Shown here: piece by piece, positions 60,301 through 64,000 of the stretch | How positions within the stretch are numbered: position 1 is the first letter of the stretch | How the letters are laid out: the number at the start of each line of letters is the position of its first letter | From: Laetmonice hystrix | Taxonomy: Eukaryota | Assembly (NCBI GenBank): GCA_965235115.1 | Contig: OZ249441.1 | Coordinates: 12,958,001 to 13,022,000 of the forward strand | Length of the DNA stretch: 64,000 nt | Direction: 5' to 3' | The notes under the pieces: generated by a model | The model's input: only the letters and a program-made list of their open reading frames with translations | Told to the model about the DNA's origin: nothing | Databases searched by the model: none | Program-made: the position numbers and the translations under genes

Positions 60301-63300
60301 CTTGAAATGTGATTAAGAAAGTGAAGCGATGTATGAGGTAGTAACCTAGCCCCCCAGAGCCAGGACACACATACAGAATGATTAAGAAAGTGATTAGCGA
60401 TGTATGACTATGTACTGAGATAGTATAGGCCTATAGCCTCCCATATGCCGTGCCATCTGTTTCAAAATTCACGACGCGCGTCGTCTCACTCAAGACGCCC
60501 GTCGGGAAGCACAGATAGCGCGCTATTTCGTGAGATGACGCGCGTCGTGAGTTTTGAAACAGATGGCACGGCATACTCCCAGAGCCAGGACACACGTACA
60601 GTGTGGATGTATTCACGATGACTGTTTCAGGCCCGGGAGGGTCGGACGACGTTAGTGATTGCCCACCGCCTGTCGACCATTCAGACGGCCGACGTGATCG
60701 TCGGGTTCCAGGAGGGAGCGGTCGCCGAGCAGGGCAGCCACGCCCAGCTCATGGAACATGGAGGCATCTACCACTCACTCGTCATGAACCAGGTAAACTA
60801 GCAGCAAACATTTATAGCTCCTGGAGCATGGACGCATCTACCATTCACTCGTCATGAACCAGGTAAACTAGCAGCAAACATTTATGTTGTCTGACCGAGA
60901 CGGTGTCACGACAGTTGACTCCCGGCGACATTTGACTCCCGGCGACAAATGACTCCCGCCACAAATGACTAACAACTTACTGATTATGGTACAATAATTA
61001 TGCGCAACCGTAACTTGGTGCGCGGACATAATATGCTCACAAAACAAATGCTCGCAGGACAAATGCTCATAACATTATGCTCACAACACTATTGAAAAAA
61101 ACAGACATTTTTGTTTACAATTTTTTTTATCATATATATTATAAGAAATAAGAACATAAGACATGAAATATCACATAGGCATGCCTGAGCATGTGATAGG
61201 TTAGGGTTATTTGCATAAATAAAGTTAATAAAAAGTGTGAGACTGAGTAAAAGAATCTTGATATGTAGAACTTTTATTTGTAATATAAGGCCAGTTCTCG
61301 GTGACAAATTGTAGGCCTGATGATAATGAGGAATTACCCCAACAGCACACACTCTTTCCGTAGAGTGGTAAATTGCATTTGCTGGACTTCCGCTAGTTTT
61401 CAGAACTTGTTTATTTTTATACCAGACCAGAAAGTCGTCGACTGACGAGGACCAGGAAAAAGACTCGGATGTGGATTTCGGTAGGTCAAATTTTACCTTA
61501 CCAAAAAGACTCTCTTAGATCAGACCGTGGGGGATTCGTACCACGATTTAGGCGGAACTCTCACCATGCCAACTCTCTTTTGCCAAATCTTTTTTTTTTT
61601 TATATTACTTTAACTGAATTGTTCATAATCCTGACTCAAGCATAATTTGGGTTGAGTGGCATAGAGGACGTTCGTCTTTTATATTTTACGCTAAAACTGG
61701 CACGGATTGAACCCTTGCTTAGCCTAATCTATTTATCTACTTCAGTGCCAGATATGGATGTACAGCTTGCCAAGAAGCAGGCTACAATGTCTCTCACACG
61801 GCGAAGATCATCAATAAAACTAAAACCCGCCAATGGTGATATTGACGCGGAGAAGGTCAGTGTCACTCAGCTCGTATTTCTGAGATCATTCCAAATGTAT
61901 AATTCGCAGTGTTTGGTTTTAGTTCAGCAAGAAGCCACTAGAGGGCCTGCCGGGGGATTGTAGGATATTTAAACCAGCTTTATCAGTCAACATATCTATC
62001 TGCTCAGTATGACTCAGTATGATTATAACCCATCTTTGAATGAATCGACCTCTTTATTAATGACAATATTATTGTTTCTACCAGGCTGAAGACGGTGACA
62101 ACGATGACACGGTAAATGACTTGACCTCTATAGTTCCTGCTCACAAGCTCACTCGTGAAACTTCTTGTGTCGACAAGTATGACCCGCCACCTGTCGAGAA
62201 CTGACCCGCCATCTATCGACAAATAGCGCGTCATCTGTTAACTTCCACCATCTGTGTTAGCCGGTATTTGCCTAATGTAGAATATTGCTGGCCTTGCTGC
62301 AGACTGAGCGTGGTGAGGATGATGACAAACCCGAGGAGGCGAGCGTGACACGGATTGCCAGACTGAATGCCACCGAGTGGCCGTACATTGCCATCGGTTG
62401 TCTGGCCGCACTGGTGACCGGTTCCGTGCAGCCAGTCTTCTCCTTCATATTCGCCTCCGTTATTGGGGTCTGTATACCTTTGTCCGACCCTCTACCCTTT
62501 CATATGCCATCAAGCATAACACATAAGAACCTACACTCACATTTTTTTGGGTGAAATTTAGGATTTTTTTTCACATTTTCACTTCTCTCTCAGTTCTTGC
62601 GATATGACTTCATTCTAAAGGGAGTAGGCCTAGGCTATATCACTAACATTAGTTTCTCTCATTCTTCCTCAGGCCCTTGTAGAGACGGACAAGGCCAAGC
62701 AGGAGCAAAGTGTCAATCTCTATTCGTGTATATTCCTGGCTGTCGGTGCCGCCGCAGCTCTCGGCATGTTTTTACAGGTAGGTATTCATTGTCGTCACAC
62801 TGGAGACACATATATTCTGACGACGGCGTTATGTCTCCAATACCGAAGGTCAAAGAGTTCTTATAATGGTCACTGAGTGAAGACCAGTGCTAACATAGCC
62901 ATGTTTAAACGAATATTGTGACAGAAATATTTAGTTTAAAATACCTAAATACCTGCAAGTGGATGGTGGAACATGGTGGATTTGAAAAAAAACACACATG
63001 TTAGCTGATTTGAGAATTCGGAAATTATGTGATCTGACAATATGACAGCAGTGTTTCTAGTATTTTTATCGGTTTTGTTTTTTGTTTTGTTTTTTGTTTC
63101 TAATACAAAATTGCGCGTCAGCAGTTTGACGGGACTGAGTGAATCTGATTCCGCCATTGTTTGCCCACAGGGTGCCATGCTGGCAGTGGCGGGAGAAAAA
63201 CTTACCATGCGCCTCCGACAGATGACCTTCAAATCAATTTTACGACAGGTGAGAGAGAGTTCTGCCATCAACACCCGCGGGAGTGGCGGGGGAGGGGGGC

Positions 63301-63900
63301 GGGCCGGGAGAGAGAAATCTAATACATGTTGTTCATTATCCTCAGATTCATGGATGGGGGGGGACGTTTTCCTAGAAAGTACTTCTTCAAAAGCACATAA
63401 CGCCTTTTAGGAATAACGACACTTGAGCATCCCAAACGTTATTGTGCACTGCAACGTCGTAAGTGAATATAGGCAAGGAACAATTGAAACGGTGAATTCT
63501 CTTACAGGAGGTGGCCTGGTTTGACCTTCCGGAGAACGGTACTGGAGTACTGACGACTCGCCTAGCCATGGACGCCTCAGCCGTCCAGGGAGTGAGTACG
63601 ATACCTAATCAAAACATCCCTCTACTCGGCTAGCGTAGGTTTCTAGTCGCACAAATACTAACTCATGCCCTAACCATCCGTTTCTTGTTGTAACAGGCGA
63701 CGGGCAGTCAGCTGGCGACTCTGCTGCAGAGTCTGTGTAGCGTGGTGATCGGTCTCACCATCGGATTCGTCTACAGTTGGAAGCTTACCCTCGTTGTCCT
63801 CTGCTTTGCTCCCCTCTTGTTCTTCTCCGGCTTCGTCCGTATGAAAATGATGTCAGACAGCGCGCAAAAGGACAAGAAGGCGTTTGAAGGAGCTGGGAAG
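54317..63900 (+). CDS. ABCB1: ABCB1 / P-glycoprotein-like full ABC transporter, 3'-partial
   Basis: Exons 54317-54466, 54847-55073, 55330-55436, 55629-55800, 56091-56262, 56435-56559, 56853-57024, 57223-57336, 58196-58306, 58570-58695, 58963-59166, 59289-59459, 60631-60792, 61426-61480, 61746-61855, 62303-62467, 62673-62777, 63171-63248, 63508-63591, 63697-63900 are phase-consistent. Motifs: QEIGWFD, ELNTRLSDD, YPSRPD, Walker [11 protein letters not shown]-loop VSQEP, signature LSGGQKQR, Walker [13 protein letters not shown]-loop IAHRLST; TMD2 begins before the window ends. Confidence 0.96.
57357..58010 (+). repeat. 46-bp minisatellite, ~14 copies, in an ABCB1 intron
   Basis: caacaccaataccctgRaccatctgtgacacggaacatgacatcct; period 46 (57661, 57707, 57753...). 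Confidence 0.95.
59480..60197. mobile_element. 718-bp non-autonomous DNA transposon, ~115-bp TIRs, 8-bp TSD (Merlin-like, unconfirmed)
   Basis: TSD gcctaaac at 59472-59479 and 60198-60205. The TIRs (59480-~59594 and ~60083-60197) are about 90% identical by eye, with GG...CC termini and internal cccgctagcccccc repeats. Confidence 0.88.
60444..60575. mobile_element. 132-bp MITE, ~45-bp TIRs, 6-bp TSD (IS3EU-like termini)
   Basis: tatgccgtgccatctgtttcaaaattcacgacgcgcgtcgtctcac pairs with gtgagatgacgcgcgtcgtgagttttgaaacagatggcacggcata; direct repeat ctccca at 60438-60443 and 60576-60581. Confidence 0.88.
60746..60885 (+). repeat. 70-bp tandem duplication of an ABCB1 exon end plus its 5' splice site
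   Basis: 60746-60815 and 60816-60885 differ at 4 positions; each contains AACCAG|GTAAAC. Confidence 0.92.
62085..62111 (+). CDS. Candidate 27-nt ABCB1 linker microexon (AEDGDNDDT)
   Basis: attattgtttctaccAG acceptor, ACG|GTAAAT donor, phase 0-0 between DIDAEK and TERGEDDDK. Confidence 0.6.
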
Positions 63901-64000
63901 GTGAGTCTTGATACACCTGGTCAATACATTATGAAAAAGTGTTCTCTTGGTGACTCTTTTTTCGCTTTTTTTCACTTGTGAAAAGGAATAAGTGATTTTA

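Overview
This is metazoan genomic DNA, most likely a marine invertebrate; the species cannot be fixed from sequence alone. It holds three spliced genes on the + strand, and I traced every exon junction by hand with consistent phases. (1) The 3' part of a MICAL gene (1-27124): end of the monooxygenase domain, CH, LIM, a 6,060-nt giant exon and C-terminal bMERB. (2) A complete 6-exon GT7 beta-1,4-glycosyltransferase (35440-50970, 523 aa). (3) The 5' two-thirds of an ABCB1/P-glycoprotein gene (54317 to beyond the window end). Introns and intergenic DNA carry about ten minisatellites and several MITEs with readable TIRs and TSDs. I found no CRISPR array, RNA gene or prokaryote-type system, and I cannot claim a new biological system. 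The best leads are: a 49-bp minisatellite that copies a MICAL 5' splice site about 20 times; a GT7 enzyme with Lys and Leu at the bovine R228 and Y289 positions, predicting an altered sugar donor; a repeated FF-x5-PVRIDP motif in a frame-neutral 2,020-aa exon; several in-frame microexon candidates; A/B dimer higher-order structure in several unrelated minisatellites; and a possible unannotated minus-strand gene at about 28-33.6 kb.
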